A stretch of DNA of 64,000 nt from Escherichia coli (GCF_003334335.1 NZ_QOWQ01000006.1); one strand, 5' to 3'. Counted from the first letter of the stretch, positions 46,265 through 58,579 are shown. The notes: generated by a model from the sequence alone, not told the origin. Numbers and translations: made by a program.

Positions 46265-47191
46265 TCATTGCTTTAATCTGGCGGCAGTTTTTGCCTCAAT
46301 CTGCTTAAGTAGGCTGCCGCTGTTCGGGCGGATAAAATCAGCGATTTCCCACTTGCCTTCGCGCCGCTGTAAAACCAGTTCTTGCTCTTCGTTGTTGCCA
46401 TTGGTCAGCGTAAAACGAACATGAATGCGGGCGGAATCGGCGGTTTTCTCCAGGACTCGAATTTCATCAACGCGTGAAAATAGCGACTCTTCGCCAAAAC
46501 AGATCGGATTGTCGTAAATAAATTGCCGTTCTATTTGCATATCTTCATCGGGATTATTGGCCGTCTTGAAGGTGGTTTTATAGAAGGCATTAACCGCCTG
46601 GCGGTAAGAGTCGGAAACCACCCACGTCCACGGCCAGCTATAATCAGCAATATGTTCAAAGAGTTCGGCAACAAAGGCTTCCGGCTGTTCTTTTTGCAAC
46701 GAAGCTAAAGCGGCCAGCGTTTTTTCATTCTCGCTATTAACTGCTTGTAAGACGCTGCCATGATTGCTGACAATATCGTCAATGACCCAACGACCATTTT
46801 CCGCCACCATTTTCAGTGTCTGCGTGGTCTTTTCTTTATCATCTTTAAAGATACGAAAGCGCACAACGGCATCGGCATGATCGGCGTCAGTTTGGGTTAT
46901 CGCAACGCTTTCTAGCACCAGATCGCCAAAATCCTGACAATCACAAACCGGATCATAATCCAGCCAGCCAATATTGCCCGGCAGCGTAAGATTGTCGTTC
47001 AGGGTAAGCGCCTGTTGAATACGCGCAGAAGTTATCGCCCGCTCTCCGGTTTCACCAAAATAAGGGGCAGTGGCATCTGATTTATAGTTCTGATAAATAT
47101 GCCGGACTGTTTGTTCTACGGTCTGTGAGGGGGGCTGTGCGTGTACGGTAAAACTTGCCAGGGCTGCTAAAAACAGAAGTATTATTTTCAT
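46265..47191 (-). CDS. yqhG: DUF3828-family periplasmic protein YqhG
   Basis: 308 aa with signal peptide; synteny. Confidence 0.7.
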   Translation of the reverse strand: MKIILLFLAALASFTVHAQPPSQTVEQTVRHIYQNYKSDATAPYFGETGERAITSARIQQALTLNDNLTLPGNIGWLDYDPVCDCQDFGDLVLESVAITQTDADHADAVVRFRIFKDDKEKTTQTLKMVAENGRWVIDDIVSNHGSVLQAVNSENEKTLAALASLQKEQPEAFVAELFEHIADYSWPWTWVVSDSYRQAVNAFYKTTFKTANNPDEDMQIERQFIYDNPICFGEESLFSRVDEIRVLEKTADSARIHVRFTLTNGNNEEQELVLQRREGKWEIADFIRPNSGSLLKQIEAKTAARLKQ

Positions 47192-47390
47192 CTGTTTTTC
47201 ACCTCTCCGTTGCGTTTATCCCGGATATAGATGAGTTGTTCTTTTAAGAGCTTCCGGCTCTGCATGATGATGTCCTTATATTTGGCATTCCTGAACAAGG
47301 AAGAGTAACAACGGGCGGGACGCGAGGGGAATAAATGATTTCTGAAAAGTCCGGTAGCGGAACATTACCGCCACCGGGAGAATTTGCATG

Positions 47391-48218
47391 TTAGCCGCCG
47401 AACTGGTCAGGATCGGGACCGAGACGCTTGCCCTGATCGAGTTTTGCAATTTCGCCGAGTTCGTCTTTGTCGAGACGGAAATCCCAGACATCAAAGTTTT
47501 CGGCAATACGTGAAGGTGTGACCGATTTCGGGATCACCACCAGGCCGCTATCCAGATGCCAGCGGATAACAATCTGCGCCGGGGTTTTGCCGTATTTATC
47601 TGCCAGATCGCGAATGACTTTCTGATCGAAAACGCCTTTCCCTCCTTGCGCTAATGGGCTCCAGGATTCGGTCTGGATTTTGTGTGTCGCGTTCCAGGCG
47701 TGTAGCTGGCGTTGTTGCATCAGCGGATGAAGTTCGATCTGGTTTATCACAGGCGTCACGCCAGTTTCATCAATCAGGCGTTGCAGGTGATGGATCTGGA
47801 AGTTGCACACGCCGATGCTTTTGATTAATCCCTCTTTTTGCAATTCGATCATGCCTTTCCATGCTTCGACATAATGGTCGATAGCGGGAACGGGCCAGTG
47901 CATTAAGTAGAGGTCGATATAATCAAGCTGGAGTTTTTTCAGGCTGTCGAGCAGGGCTTCGCGGGGGCGCTTGTGGTCGTCGTTCCACAGCTTAGTGGTG
48001 ATGAACAGTTCTTCTCTGTTGACTGAGGCATTTTTCAGGGCTTTGCCGACACCTTCTTCGTTCTTGTAGGCCGCGGCGGTATCAATCGAGCGATAACCCA
48101 CTTCTAACGCTTTTTGAATGGCGGTGATTACTTCCTCATTACTTGCTTGCCAGACGCCCAGTCCCAGCTGGGGCATGACATTGCCATCCTGTAGCTTAAT
48201 AACGGTTGGATTAGCCAT
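47391..48218 (-). CDS. dkgA: 2,5-diketo-D-gluconate / methylglyoxal reductase, aldo-keto reductase
   Basis: 275 aa AKR family. Confidence 0.9.
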   Translation of the reverse strand: MANPTVIKLQDGNVMPQLGLGVWQASNEEVITAIQKALEVGYRSIDTAAAYKNEEGVGKALKNASVNREELFITTKLWNDDHKRPREALLDSLKKLQLDYIDLYLMHWPVPAIDHYVEAWKGMIELQKEGLIKSIGVCNFQIHHLQRLIDETGVTPVINQIELHPLMQQRQLHAWNATHKIQTESWSPLAQGGKGVFDQKVIRDLADKYGKTPAQIVIRWHLDSGLVVIPKSVTPSRIAENFDVWDFRLDKDELGEIAKLDQGKRLGPDPDQFGG

Positions 48219-48322
48219 ACGTTCCTCCTTTATATGAACTCACCGGAGCAGGCTCCGGTGAGGTGTTGTGAACTTAAGTCTGGACGAAATGCCCGAAAAC
48301 GAAAGTTTGAGGCGTAAAAAGC

Positions 48323-49486
48323 TTAGCGGGCGGCTTCGTATATACGGCGGCTGACATCCAACGTAATGTCATGATTTTCGCCCAGTTGGGTCATGCCGTG
48401 CTCTTCCAGTTTTTTCAGCAAAGCCGGGATGGAGCTGCCGTCCAGACCGTAGTCGGAGAGGTGGGTCGGCACGCCTAATTGCTCAAAGAAATTGCGGGTT
48501 GCGGCAATCGCGGCGTCAATACGCTCATCATCGGAACCTTCAGTGATGTTCCAGACGCGTTCAGCATATTGCAGCAGCTTAGCGCGCTTGGTATCGCGTT
48601 TTTCATTCCACAGTGCAGGCAGGACGATAGCCAGTGTTTGCGCGTGATCCAGACCGTGCATCGCAGTCAGTTCGTGGCCCAGCATATGCGTTGCCCAGTC
48701 CTGCGGTACGCCAGCGCCAATCAAACCGTTCAGCGCCTGAGTCGCCGCCCACATGACGTTGGCGCGCACATCGTAGTTTTCTGGCTCTTTCAGGGCTTTC
48801 GGACCATCTTCGATTAGCGTCAGCAAAATGCCTTCTGCGAAACGGTCCTGAATTTTGGCATCAACCGGTTTGGTAACATACTGTTCCACGGTGTGTACAA
48901 AGGCGTCCACTACGCCGTTAGCCACCTGACGCGGCGGCAGGGTGTAGGTATAAACCGGATCGAGCACGGCAAATACCGGCTGAACATGGGCAGAATGGAA
49001 CGCCTGCTTGTCGCCTGTGGTTTTACGGGAGATCACCGCGCCTGCGTTGGATTCTGAACCGGTTGCTGGCAGCGTCAGCACACAGCCCATCGGGATGGCG
49101 CTTTTAATCTCTTTACCGCCCGTTTGCAGAATGTGCCACGGATCGATATTTTCCGGATAGTTAGCCGCTGCGGCGATAAATTTGGTGCCGTCCAGTACAG
49201 AACCGCCGCCAACCGCCAGCAGGAAAGTCACTTTCTGTTCGCGAACCAGTTTCACGGCGTTCATCAGCGTTTCATAAGCCGGGTTTGGCTCAATACCGCC
49301 AAATTCCAGCACGTCCATGCCTTTCAGGGCATCCAGAACTTGATCGAGAACGCCGGTTTTTTTCACGCTGCCGCCGCCGTAGGTAATCAATACGCGAGCA
49401 TCGTGAGGAATTTGTTCGCGTAAACCAGCGATTGCGCCTTTACCAAACAGAATGCGGGTTGGGGTGTGCAGATTAAAGTTGTTCAT
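48323..49486 (-). CDS. yqhD: NADPH-dependent aldehyde reductase / alcohol dehydrogenase, iron-type
   Basis: 387 aa from ATG at 49486 ([17 protein letters not shown]...). Confidence 0.9.
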   Translation of the reverse strand: MNNFNLHTPTRILFGKGAIAGLREQIPHDARVLITYGGGSVKKTGVLDQVLDALKGMDVLEFGGIEPNPAYETLMNAVKLVREQKVTFLLAVGGGSVLDGTKFIAAAANYPENIDPWHILQTGGKEIKSAIPMGCVLTLPATGSESNAGAVISRKTTGDKQAFHSAHVQPVFAVLDPVYTYTLPPRQVANGVVDAFVHTVEQYVTKPVDAKIQDRFAEGILLTLIEDGPKALKEPENYDVRANVMWAATQALNGLIGAGVPQDWATHMLGHELTAMHGLDHAQTLAIVLPALWNEKRDTKRAKLLQYAERVWNITEGSDDERIDAAIAATRNFFEQLGVPTHLSDYGLDGSSIPALLKKLEEHGMTQLGENHDITLDVSRRIYEAAR

Positions 49487-49622
49487 TACTTGCTCCCTTT
49501 GCTGGGCCAATATGAGGGCAGAGAACGATCTGCCTGATGTTTTTCATTGTGATCGCCAGCGCCCTGGCTCTCAATGCTCATTTCTGCCAATGTCTTGCCT
49601 ATTTCTCCAGAGTGCTGGAGAA

Positions 49623-50579
49623 ATGCTACAAAATTGCGCACAATCAAATTGCCGCATTATTCCTAAGAAATTACGCGATATGAAACGTGAAGAGATTTGC
49701 CGCTTGCTGGCGGATAAAGTTAATAAACTGAAAAATAAAGAAAATAGTTTGTCAGAACTGTTGCCCGATGTGCGTTTGTTGTATGGCGAGACGCCTTTCG
49801 CACGTACACCGGTGATGTACGAGCCTGGCATCATAATTCTCTTTTCCGGGCATAAAATCGGTTATATCAATGAACGCGTGTTTCGTTATGATGCCAATGA
49901 ATACCTGCTGCTGACGGTGCCGTTGCCGTTTGAGTGCGAAACCTATGCCACGTCAGAGGTGCCGCTGGCAGGGTTGCGTCTCAATGTCGATATTTTGCAG
50001 TTACAGGAACTGTTGATGGACATTGGCGAAGATGAGCATTTCCAGCCGTCGATGGCAGCCAGCGGGATTAACTCCGCCACGTTATCAGAAGAGATTTTAT
50101 GCGCGGCGGAGCGGTTACTCGACGTGATGGAGCGACCACTGGATGCGCGTATTCTCGGCAAACAGATCATCCGCGAAATTCTGTACTACGTGCTGACCGG
50201 ACCTTGCGGCGGCGCGTTACTGGCGCTGGTCAGTCGCCAGACTCACTTCAGTCTGATTAGCCGCGTGCTGAAACGGATTGAGAATAAATACACCGAAAAC
50301 CTGAGCGTCGAGCAACTGGCGGCAGAAGCCAACATGAGCGTATCGGCGTTCCACCATAATTTTAAGTCTGTCACCAGTACCTCGCCGTTGCAGTATTTGA
50401 AGAATTACCGTCTGCATAAGGCGCGGATGATGATCATCCATGACGGCATGAAGGCCAGCGCAGCAGCGATGCGCGTCGGCTATGAAAGCGCATCGCAATT
50501 TAGCCGTGAGTTTAAACGTTACTTCGGTGTGACGCCGGGGGAAGATGCGGCAAGAATGCGGGCGATGCAGGGGAATTAA
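49623..50579 (+). CDS. yqhC: AraC-family transcriptional activator of yqhD
   Basis: 318 aa from ATG at 49623 with C-terminal AraC HTH; divergent from yqhD; the track ORF start at 49452 would overlap yqhD. Confidence 0.8.
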   Translation: MLQNCAQSNCRIIPKKLRDMKREEICRLLADKVNKLKNKENSLSELLPDVRLLYGETPFARTPVMYEPGIIILFSGHKIGYINERVFRYDANEYLLLTVPLPFECETYATSEVPLAGLRLNVDILQLQELLMDIGEDEHFQPSMAASGINSATLSEEILCAAERLLDVMERPLDARILGKQIIREILYYVLTGPCGGALLALVSRQTHFSLISRVLKRIENKYTENLSVEQLAAEANMSVSAFHHNFKSVTSTSPLQYLKNYRLHKARMMIIHDGMKASAAAMRVGYESASQFSREFKRYFGVTPGEDAARMRAMQGN

Positions 50580-50618
50580 ATACGTTCCCGGTACAGCAAC
50601 CGGGAACGGGGAAAATCG

Positions 50619-51278
50619 TCAGGCGTTACAGTATTTTTTTTTAATCACCACAAACAGCGTGCCTAACAAGCCAGCGGTTAACAAGGCAATTGGCAGGATC
50701 ATCAGGAACGTCATTACCTGATCTTCATGGCGTTTAACGAACGGAATCATACTTAAGGCATAGCCAAAACTGGTTACCACGCTGACCCACAGCAATCCAC
50801 TTAACCAGTTGAAAAACTGGAAGCGGCGGTTTGGCAGACCGGAAATTCCCGCCATGGTTGGCAGCAGCGTACGGACAAATGCAAGAAAACGTCCAGCCAG
50901 CAGCGCCAGCAGACCGTGGCGGTCAAACATGCAGGTGGCGCGCTGGTGATATTTAGCAGGAAGCTGTGCCAGCCAGCCTTTCACCGTTTTGGTATTCCCT
51001 AACCAGCGCCCCTGAATATAACTTAGCCAGCAGCCCAGACTTGCTGCGGCGGTCAGAATCGCAATCGTAGGCAGAAAATCCATAACCCCCTGGGCAATCA
51101 ATGCGCCTGCCAGTATCAACAAGCTGTCGCCTGGCAAAAATGAGGCGGGCAGCAGGCCGTTTTCTAAAAACAGCGTGGCAAACATGACAAAGTAAACAAC
51201 GCTAACAATATGAGGATCCGCCAGCGCGGCAAAGTCGTGTTGCCAGAGCGCAGCGATGATATCTTGAATAACAGCCAT
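50619..51278 (-). CDS. yghB: DedA-family inner-membrane protein
   Basis: 219 aa multi-TM DedA family. Confidence 0.85.
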
Positions 51279-51417
51279 GGACTTTCCTGTGGAACAGCGT
51301 TTAAGCCTTTATCTGCCTATTGTACTCCTGAATCGTCCGGGACGCCTTGATCCCGGACGCAACAATTTAAGACTTTTCACAATAAAATGTCTGCAAAATT
51401 GTCCAAAAGTGGCAATG

Positions 51418-52605
51418 TTATACAATTCGCGCAAAACCGGCGTCCAGATCGGCAATCAGATCGTCGACATCTTCCAGACCAATATGCAGGCGAATCAAGG
51501 TCCCGCTAAAATCGATCTCGCCTTGTGGGCGAATGGCGGCGATATGTTCTGGTTGATTTGCCAGGATCAACGATTCATACCCGCCCCACGAGTAGGCCAT
51601 GCTGAATAAACTGAAGTTATCCAGATAGTTCGCCAGCTCTTCATTATTGAGTTTTTTCTTAAGCACAAAGGAAAATAGCCCGCTGCTGCCTGTAAAGTCT
51701 CGTTTCCAGAATTCGTGACCTTTACTGCCAGGCAGAGCAGGGTGGTTAACTCGCGCAACTTGCGGATGTTCTGCCAGCCATTCAGCCACTTTCAGACTGC
51801 TTTCATGATGTTGACGCAAACGCACACCTAATGTGCGCAGGCCACGGCTGGTTATATAGGCGGTATCGGCATCGACCATCTGGCCCATCAGATAGGCATT
51901 TTCCCGTAGCTGCTCCCAGCAACGGGCATTGCACACGGCAGTGCCAATCATCGCATCTGAATGCCCAACCAGATATTTGGTGGCGGCTTGAATAGAAACA
52001 TCGATGCCAAAATCCAGCGCCTTAAACAGCACACCGGCTGCCCAGGTGTTGTCGATCATAATGATGGCATCCGGCACCACACTGCGTACGGCGGCAACAA
52101 TCGCCGGAACGTCGTGGACTTCCATGGTGATGGAGCCTGGCGATTCCAGAAACACGATTTTAGTGTTTGGCTGCAGATGCTTAACGATATCGGCACCAAT
52201 CAGCGGATCAAACCATGATGTCGTTACGCCCAGTTTGCTGAGGATTTTGCTACAGAAATCCTGACTCGGTTCATAGGCGGTGTTGGTCATCAACACATGA
52301 TCGCCCTGTTCGATAAAAGCAAGAATGGAATTAGCAACCGCTGCCGCCCCGCAGGGAAATAGCACGCAGCCTGCGCCACCTTCCAGTTCACACATCGCTT
52401 GTTGTAAGGAGAAATGGGTTAACGTTCCGCGCCGTCCATAGAACAACTCTCCATTGGCGCGATTACGTGTCGCGTGTTTTTTGGCTTCTACACTGTCAAA
52501 GACCAGCGAAGAAGCGCGCTGAATCACGCTATTTACCGCGCCGAGAGAGTATTTTTTGCTGCGTCCTGCATTCACCAGTTGAGTATCAAGCTTTTTGTCC
52601 GCCAT
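51418..52605 (-). CDS. metC: cystathionine beta-lyase
   Basis: 395 aa from ATG at 52605 ([15 protein letters not shown]...), PLP-dependent. Confidence 0.9.
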   Translation of the reverse strand: MADKKLDTQLVNAGRSKKYSLGAVNSVIQRASSLVFDSVEAKKHATRNRANGELFYGRRGTLTHFSLQQAMCELEGGAGCVLFPCGAAAVANSILAFIEQGDHVLMTNTAYEPSQDFCSKILSKLGVTTSWFDPLIGADIVKHLQPNTKIVFLESPGSITMEVHDVPAIVAAVRSVVPDAIIMIDNTWAAGVLFKALDFGIDVSIQAATKYLVGHSDAMIGTAVCNARCWEQLRENAYLMGQMVDADTAYITSRGLRTLGVRLRQHHESSLKVAEWLAEHPQVARVNHPALPGSKGHEFWKRDFTGSSGLFSFVLKKKLNNEELANYLDNFSLFSMAYSWGGYESLILANQPEHIAAIRPQGEIDFSGTLIRLHIGLEDVDDLIADLDAGFARIV

Positions 52606-52623
52606 GTCGGGATTCCTGTTTTT

Positions 52624-52639
52624 ATACGTCTGGATGTCT
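52624..52639. promoter_or_regulatory. candidate MetJ operator (tandem met boxes) upstream of metC
   Basis: ATACGTCT and GGATGTCT resemble tandem AGACGTCT met boxes, 20-35 bp upstream of the metC start. Confidence 0.45.
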
Positions 52640-52856
52640 AAACTAGCATGAATATTCGCGGGCGCATCCTGAAGAATTGGCATAAAGCAGAAAATTTTCG
52701 CAAATGGCGTGCTGGTGACTTTTTTACTGCGTAAACGCAAGGAAAAGAAAGCAAAGGTACGGCAGTATGCAAATAGTAATGAGAACGACTATCAATTCGA
52801 CGTCGTTTTGATATTATTATGCGCAGATTTTGTGACTTGCGTCCTGGAGATACACA

Positions 52857-53591
52857 GTGGGTAATAATTTAATGCAGACGGACCTTTCCGTCTGGGGTAT
52901 GTATCAGCACGCCGATATTGTCGTTAAGTGCGTGATGATTGGGCTTATTTTGGCCTCCGTAGTCACCTGGGCAATCTTCTTCAGTAAGAGCGTAGAGTTC
53001 TTCAATCAGAAGCGTCGCCTTAAGCGCGAGCAGCAACTGCTGGCTGAAGCGCGTTCCTTAAACCAGGCCAACGATATCGCCGCTGATTTTGGTAGCAAAA
53101 GCTTAAGCCTGCATTTGCTCAATGAAGCGCAGAATGAGCTGGAACTGTCAGAAGGCAGCGACGATAACGAAGGTATTAAAGAACGTACCAGCTTCCGTCT
53201 GGAGCGTCGGGTCGCCGCAGTGGGTCGTCAAATGGGCCGCGGTAACGGCTATCTGGCAACCATCGGCGCGATTTCTCCGTTCGTTGGTCTGTTTGGTACG
53301 GTCTGGGGCATCATGAACAGCTTTATTGGTATCGCGCAAACGCAGACCACTAACCTGGCAGTCGTTGCGCCGGGTATCGCAGAAGCTCTGTTAGCAACGG
53401 CAATCGGCCTCGTGGCAGCGATTCCTGCGGTCGTTATCTATAACGTATTTGCACGCCAGATTGGCGGCTTTAAAGCGATGCTGGGTGATGTTGCAGCGCA
53501 GGTATTGTTGCTGCAAAGCCGTGACCTGGATCTGGAAGCCAGCGCCGCTGCGCATCCGGTTCGTGTCGCACAAAAATTACGCGCAGGATAA
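52857..53591 (+). CDS. exbB: TonB-system energiser ExbB
   Basis: 244 aa MotA/TolQ/ExbB family. Confidence 0.95.
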   Translation: MGNNLMQTDLSVWGMYQHADIVVKCVMIGLILASVVTWAIFFSKSVEFFNQKRRLKREQQLLAEARSLNQANDIAADFGSKSLSLHLLNEAQNELELSEGSDDNEGIKERTSFRLERRVAAVGRQMGRGNGYLATIGAISPFVGLFGTVWGIMNSFIGIAQTQTTNLAVVAPGIAEALLATAIGLVAAIPAVVIYNVFARQIGGFKAMLGDVAAQVLLLQSRDLDLEASAAAHPVRVAQKLRAG

Positions 53592-53597
53592 TATCCG

Positions 53598-54023
53598 ATG
53601 GCAATGCATCTTAACGAAAACCTCGACGATAACGGCGAAATGCATGATATCAACGTGACGCCGTTTATCGACGTGATGTTGGTTCTGCTGATTATCTTTA
53701 TGGTGGCGGCACCGTTAGCGACGGTAGATGTGAAGGTGAACTTGCCTGCTTCTACCAGCACGCCGCAGCCGCGCCCGGAAAAACCGGTTTATCTGTCGGT
53801 GAAGGCAGACAACTCGATGTTTATCGGTAACGATCCGGTCACCGATGAAACAATGATTACGGCGTTGAATGCGTTAACCGAAGGCAAGAAAGACACCACC
53901 ATCTTCTTCCGAGCGGACAAAACCGTCGATTACGAGACGTTGATGAAGGTAATGGATACGCTGCATCAGGCGGGTTACCTGAAGATAGGTCTGGTCGGCG
54001 AAGAAACCGCCAAAGCGAAGTAA
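53598..54023 (+). CDS. exbD: TonB-system energiser ExbD
   Basis: 141 aa ExbD/TolR family. Confidence 0.95.
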   Translation: MAMHLNENLDDNGEMHDINVTPFIDVMLVLLIIFMVAAPLATVDVKVNLPASTSTPQPRPEKPVYLSVKADNSMFIGNDPVTDETMITALNALTEGKKDTTIFFRADKTVDYETLMKVMDTLHQAGYLKIGLVGEETAKAK

Positions 54024-54030
54024 AGTAGAA

Positions 54031-54245
54031 TTGCCTGATGCGCTACGCTCATCAGGCCTACAAAATCTATTGCAACATGTTGAATCTTCGTGCGTTTGTA
54101 GGCCGGATAAGGCGTTCACGACGCATCCGGCATTAGGTGCTCAATGCCTGATGCGCTACGCTTATCAGGCCTACAAAATCTATTGCAACATGTTGAATCT
54201 TCATGCGTTTGTAGGCGGATAAGGCGTTTTCGCCACATCAGGTAA
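54031..54245. repeat. REP/BIME cluster: two ~105-bp direct repeat units, each containing inverted REP palindromes
   Basis: TGCCTGATGCGCTACGCT(C/T)ATCAGGCCTACAAAATCTATTGCAACATGTTGAATCTTC...GTAGGC...GGATAAGGCGTT appears twice (about 54032-54135 and 54147-54245). Confidence 0.85.
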
Positions 54246-54294
54246 GAGTGAATTCACAATGATGCCCGGTTGCTTTTCACAACCGGGCATTTTT

Positions 54295-55179
54295 TTAACC
54301 TAAATGCTCGCCGCCGCACACGCCGTGCACTTCTGCGGTGACGTAGCTCGACTCCTGACTTGCCAGATAAACATATACAGGGGCCAGTTCCGCCGGTTGC
54401 CCCGCACGTTTCATCGGCGTTTGCTGACCAAACTGCGGGATCTTATCCTGCGTTTGTCCGCCGGAAATTTGCAGTGCTGTCCAGATCGGGCCTGGCGCGA
54501 CAATATTCACCCGAATACCTTTCTCCGCGACCTGTTTTGCCAAGCCACGGCTGTAGTTCAGAATCGCCGCCTTCGTAGCCGCATAGTCCAGTAAATGCGG
54601 ACTTGGCTGGTATGCCTGGATTGACGAAGTGGTGATGATACTTGCACCTTTCGGTAGCAGGGGGATCGCTTCCTGGGTTAGCCAGAACAGCGCGAAAACG
54701 TTAATGGCAAAGGTCTTTTGAAACTGTTCGCTGGTGAGGTCTGCAATATCCGGAATGGCAACCTGTTTCCCGGCGACCAGCGCCATAATATCCAGCCCGC
54801 CTAACGCCTTGTGCGCTTCGTGAACCAGCGAACGGGCAAATTTCTCATCGCTTAAATCGCCTGGCAGCAGAACGGCTTTGCGTCCGCATTCTTCAATGAT
54901 CTTTTTCACATCCTGAGCGTCTTCTTCTTCCACGGGAAGATAACTGATCGCCACGTCAGCCCCTTCACGCGCGTAAGCGATGGCGGCAGCGCGACCTATT
55001 CCGGAATCGCCCCCTGTCACCAGTGCTTTACGATCTTTCAGGCGACCGCTACCAACATAGGTTTTCTCGCCGCAATCCGGTACCGGTGTCATCTTCGCCT
55101 GGATGCCTGGCGTCGGTTGTTTCTGTTTGGGATATTCACCAGTGTAATACTGCGTGGTCGGGTCTTTTAAATGAGACAT
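54295..55179 (-). CDS. yghA: short-chain dehydrogenase/reductase YghA
   Basis: 294 aa with SDR Rossmann motif ([10 protein letters not shown]). Confidence 0.9.
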
Positions 55180-55300
55180 CGTTTTTCTCCCTTCAGGTTC
55201 AACGTCCTTTAAGGGTAGACGTTCTCGATGCGTTGATAAGGGAACCAGGAAGATCCCTAAACCTCAGAATTATGCGACAAAGGTTTAACGTATATGTTGA

Positions 55301-55864
<564 letters not shown>

Positions 55865-55872
55865 TCTGATTC

Positions 55873-55891
55873 GGGCGCGGTTCGCGCGCCC
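55873..55891. terminator. GC-rich hairpin between convergent yqhA and gpr
   Basis: GGGCGCG-GTTC-GCGCGCCC; no clear U-tract. Confidence 0.35.
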
Positions 55892-55903
55892 GTTATTAAC
55901 AGG

Positions 55904-56944
55904 TCATTTATCGGAAGACGCCTGCCACAGATTCAGCTCGCCATCGGCGATATGCTGATCAATCTGCGCCAGCTCCTTGGTGCTAAATGTCAGATTATTC
56001 AGCGCCTGCACGTTCTCCTCTAGTTGCTCCGCGCGGCTGGCACCAATCAATACCGACGTCACGCGATCATCTTTCAGCAACCAGCTTAACGCCATTTGCG
56101 CCATTGATTGTCCACGCTGCTGTGCCATTTCATTCAATAAGCGCAGGCTGTTGAGGTTGGCTTCGGTAAGCATTTTCGGTGTCAGACCACGAACTTTATT
56201 CCCTTCACGATGCATCCGTGAATCTTGCGGAATGCCGTTGAGATATTTTCCGGTCAGCAATCCCTGAGCCAGAGGAGTAAAGGCAATACAGCCCACGCCG
56301 TTATTTTGCAGGGTATCCAGCAGGCCGCTTTTATCCACCCAGCGGTTCAGTAAATTGTACGAAGGTTGATGAATTAACAGCGGAATTTTCCACTCGCGCA
56401 GCAACTCGACCATTTTTTGCGTCCGCTCTGGCGAGTAAGAGGAGATCCCGACATACAGCGCCTTACCGCTTTGTACCGCATGAGCCAGCGCAGAGGCGGT
56501 TTCTTCCATCGGCGTATTTTCATCGACGCGATGAGAGTAAAAGATATCGACATACTCAAGCCCCATACGCTTCAGGCTTTGGTCGAGGCTGGCGAGCAGG
56601 TATTTACGTGAACCGCCAGAGCCGTAAGGGCCGGGCCACATATCGTAGCCAGCCTTGGTAGAGATAATCAGTTCATCGCGATAAGCGGCAAAATCCTCCC
56701 GCAGCAGGCGACCAAAGTTCTCTTCTGCGCTTCCTGGAGGCGGCCCGTAATTGTTGGCTAAATCAAAGTGCGTAATGCCCAAATCAAACGCTTTACGCAG
56801 GATCGCACGCTGTGATTCCAGCGCGTTAACGTGACCGAAATTGTGCCATAAACCGAGCGATAACGCGGGCAGGCGTAAACCACTTTTTCCGCAATAGCGG
56901 TATTGCATCTGCCCGTAACGTTCGGGATTCGCTAACCAGACCAT
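55904..56944 (-). CDS. gpr: L-glyceraldehyde 3-phosphate reductase (aldo-keto reductase; YghZ)
   Basis: 346 aa AKR family. Confidence 0.9.
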   Translation of the reverse strand: MVWLANPERYGQMQYRYCGKSGLRLPALSLGLWHNFGHVNALESQRAILRKAFDLGITHFDLANNYGPPPGSAEENFGRLLREDFAAYRDELIISTKAGYDMWPGPYGSGGSRKYLLASLDQSLKRMGLEYVDIFYSHRVDENTPMEETASALAHAVQSGKALYVGISSYSPERTQKMVELLREWKIPLLIHQPSYNLLNRWVDKSGLLDTLQNNGVGCIAFTPLAQGLLTGKYLNGIPQDSRMHREGNKVRGLTPKMLTEANLNSLRLLNEMAQQRGQSMAQMALSWLLKDDRVTSVLIGASRAEQLEENVQALNNLTFSTKELAQIDQHIADGELNLWQASSDK

Positions 56945-57100
56945 GACCTCTCCTTTCCACCGTTCAATTTCGAAACAATGTTTCTAGTTTAGCGATTCGC
57001 CAGCGCGTATCCCGTAGTCTGGCTCACAGAGTGACGAAAAACTGGGCAAAAACACGTGCTTATGCTTTGCTTAAAAAAACACCAACTGAGGAGTGCAACG

Positions 57101-57985
57101 ATGCCGCGTTTAACCGCCAAAGATTTCCCACAAGAGTTGCTGGATTACTATGACTATTACGCTCACGGGAAAATCTCGAAACGTGAGTTCCTCAACCTTG
57201 CGGCGAAGTGCGGTAGGCGGGATGACGGCATTAGCGTTGTTTGATTTGCTCAAGCCAAATTATGCGCTGGCGACTCAGGTAGAGTTTACCGACCCGGAAA
57301 TTGTTGCTGAGTACATCACGTATCCTTCGCCAAATGGTCACGGCGAGGTGCGGGGTTATCTGGTGAAGCCCGCAAAGATGAGCGGCAAAACGCCAGCCGT
57401 AGTGGTGGTGCATGAGAATCGTGGACTGAATCCGTATATCGAAGATGTGGCACGGCGAGTGGCGAAGGCGGGGTATATCGCCCTGGCACCTGACGGCTTA
57501 AGTTCCGTTGGAGGTTATCCGGGAAATGATGATAAAGGTCGTGAGCTGCAACAGCAGGTTGATCCAACAAACTGATGAATGATTTCTTTGCCGCAATTGA
57601 GTTTATGCAACGCTATCCGCAAGCGACAGGCAAAGTGGGTATTACCGGATTTTGCTATGGCGGTGGCGTATCGAACGCGGCGGCTGTCGCGTATCCGGAA
57701 CTGGCCTGCGCGGTGCCGTTTTATGGTCGTCAGGCACCCACTGCCGATGTGGCGAAGATTGAAGCGCCTTTACTACTCCACTTCGCGGAACTGGACACCC
57801 GAATCAACGAGGGCTGGCCTGCTTACGAGGCGGCGTTGAAAGCCAATAATAAGGTTTATGAGGCGTATATCTATCCGGGGGTTAATCACGGATTCCATAA
57901 TGATTCCACGCCCCGTTATGACAAATCTGCCGCCGATCTTGCCTGGCAAAGGACACTGAAATGGTTCGATAAATATCTCTCCTGA
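57101..57985 (+). pseudogene. yghX: dienelactone hydrolase-family gene disrupted by two frameshifts
   Basis: Three consecutive ORF pieces (57101..57244, 57150..57575, 57575..57985) each carry dienelactone hydrolase-like sequence ([39 protein letters not shown]) in frames 2/0/2; the second junction is at an AAA run at 57569-57571. Confidence 0.75.
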
Positions 57986-58103
57986 TAGGTTTATCTCTTA
58001 CGGGATTACGTCTTAAACAAGCATGAAAAAATAGCGTGCGCAAAAGTCGTTCTTTGCCTAAAATATCGCTATATATGACAATATATAGCGAATGAGGTGA
58101 ACG

Positions 58104-58391
58104 ATGAATAACCATTTTGGTAAAGGCTTAATGGCGGGATTAAAAGCAACGCATGCCGACAGTGCGGTTAATGTGACAAAATTCTGTGCCGATTATAAAC
58201 GCGGTTTTGTATTAGGCTACTCACACCGGATGTACGAAAAGACCGGAGATCGCCAGCTTAGCGCCTGGGAAGCGGGTATTCTGACGCGCCGCTATGGACT
58301 GGATAAAGAGATGGTAATGGATTTCTTTCGTGAGAATAATTCCTGTTCTACGTTGCGCTTTTTTATGGCCGGTTATCGCCTCGAAAATTGA
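58104..58391 (+). CDS. yghW: DUF2623-family small protein YghW
   Basis: 95 aa; synteny upstream of the hyb operon. Confidence 0.7.
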
Positions 58392-58579
58392 TCAAACATA
58401 CGTATTATCTTGCTTTAATTAATTACACTAATGCTTCTTCCCTTCGTTTTAGCGCCCCGCCGCAGTATCATGATATCGATAACCATAATAAATGTGTGGT
58501 AAATGGCGCATCGATCGCATTATTGATTTTGCGATTGAGGCAAAATATATGCCAGGTCTTCGCAACGGAATAACTATAA

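Noticed and set aside
49452-49622. 5' extension of yqhC overlapping the yqhD start on the opposite strand
   Set aside because: The ATG at 49623 gives the expected ~318-aa AraC-family protein; the extension would require overlapping divergent genes
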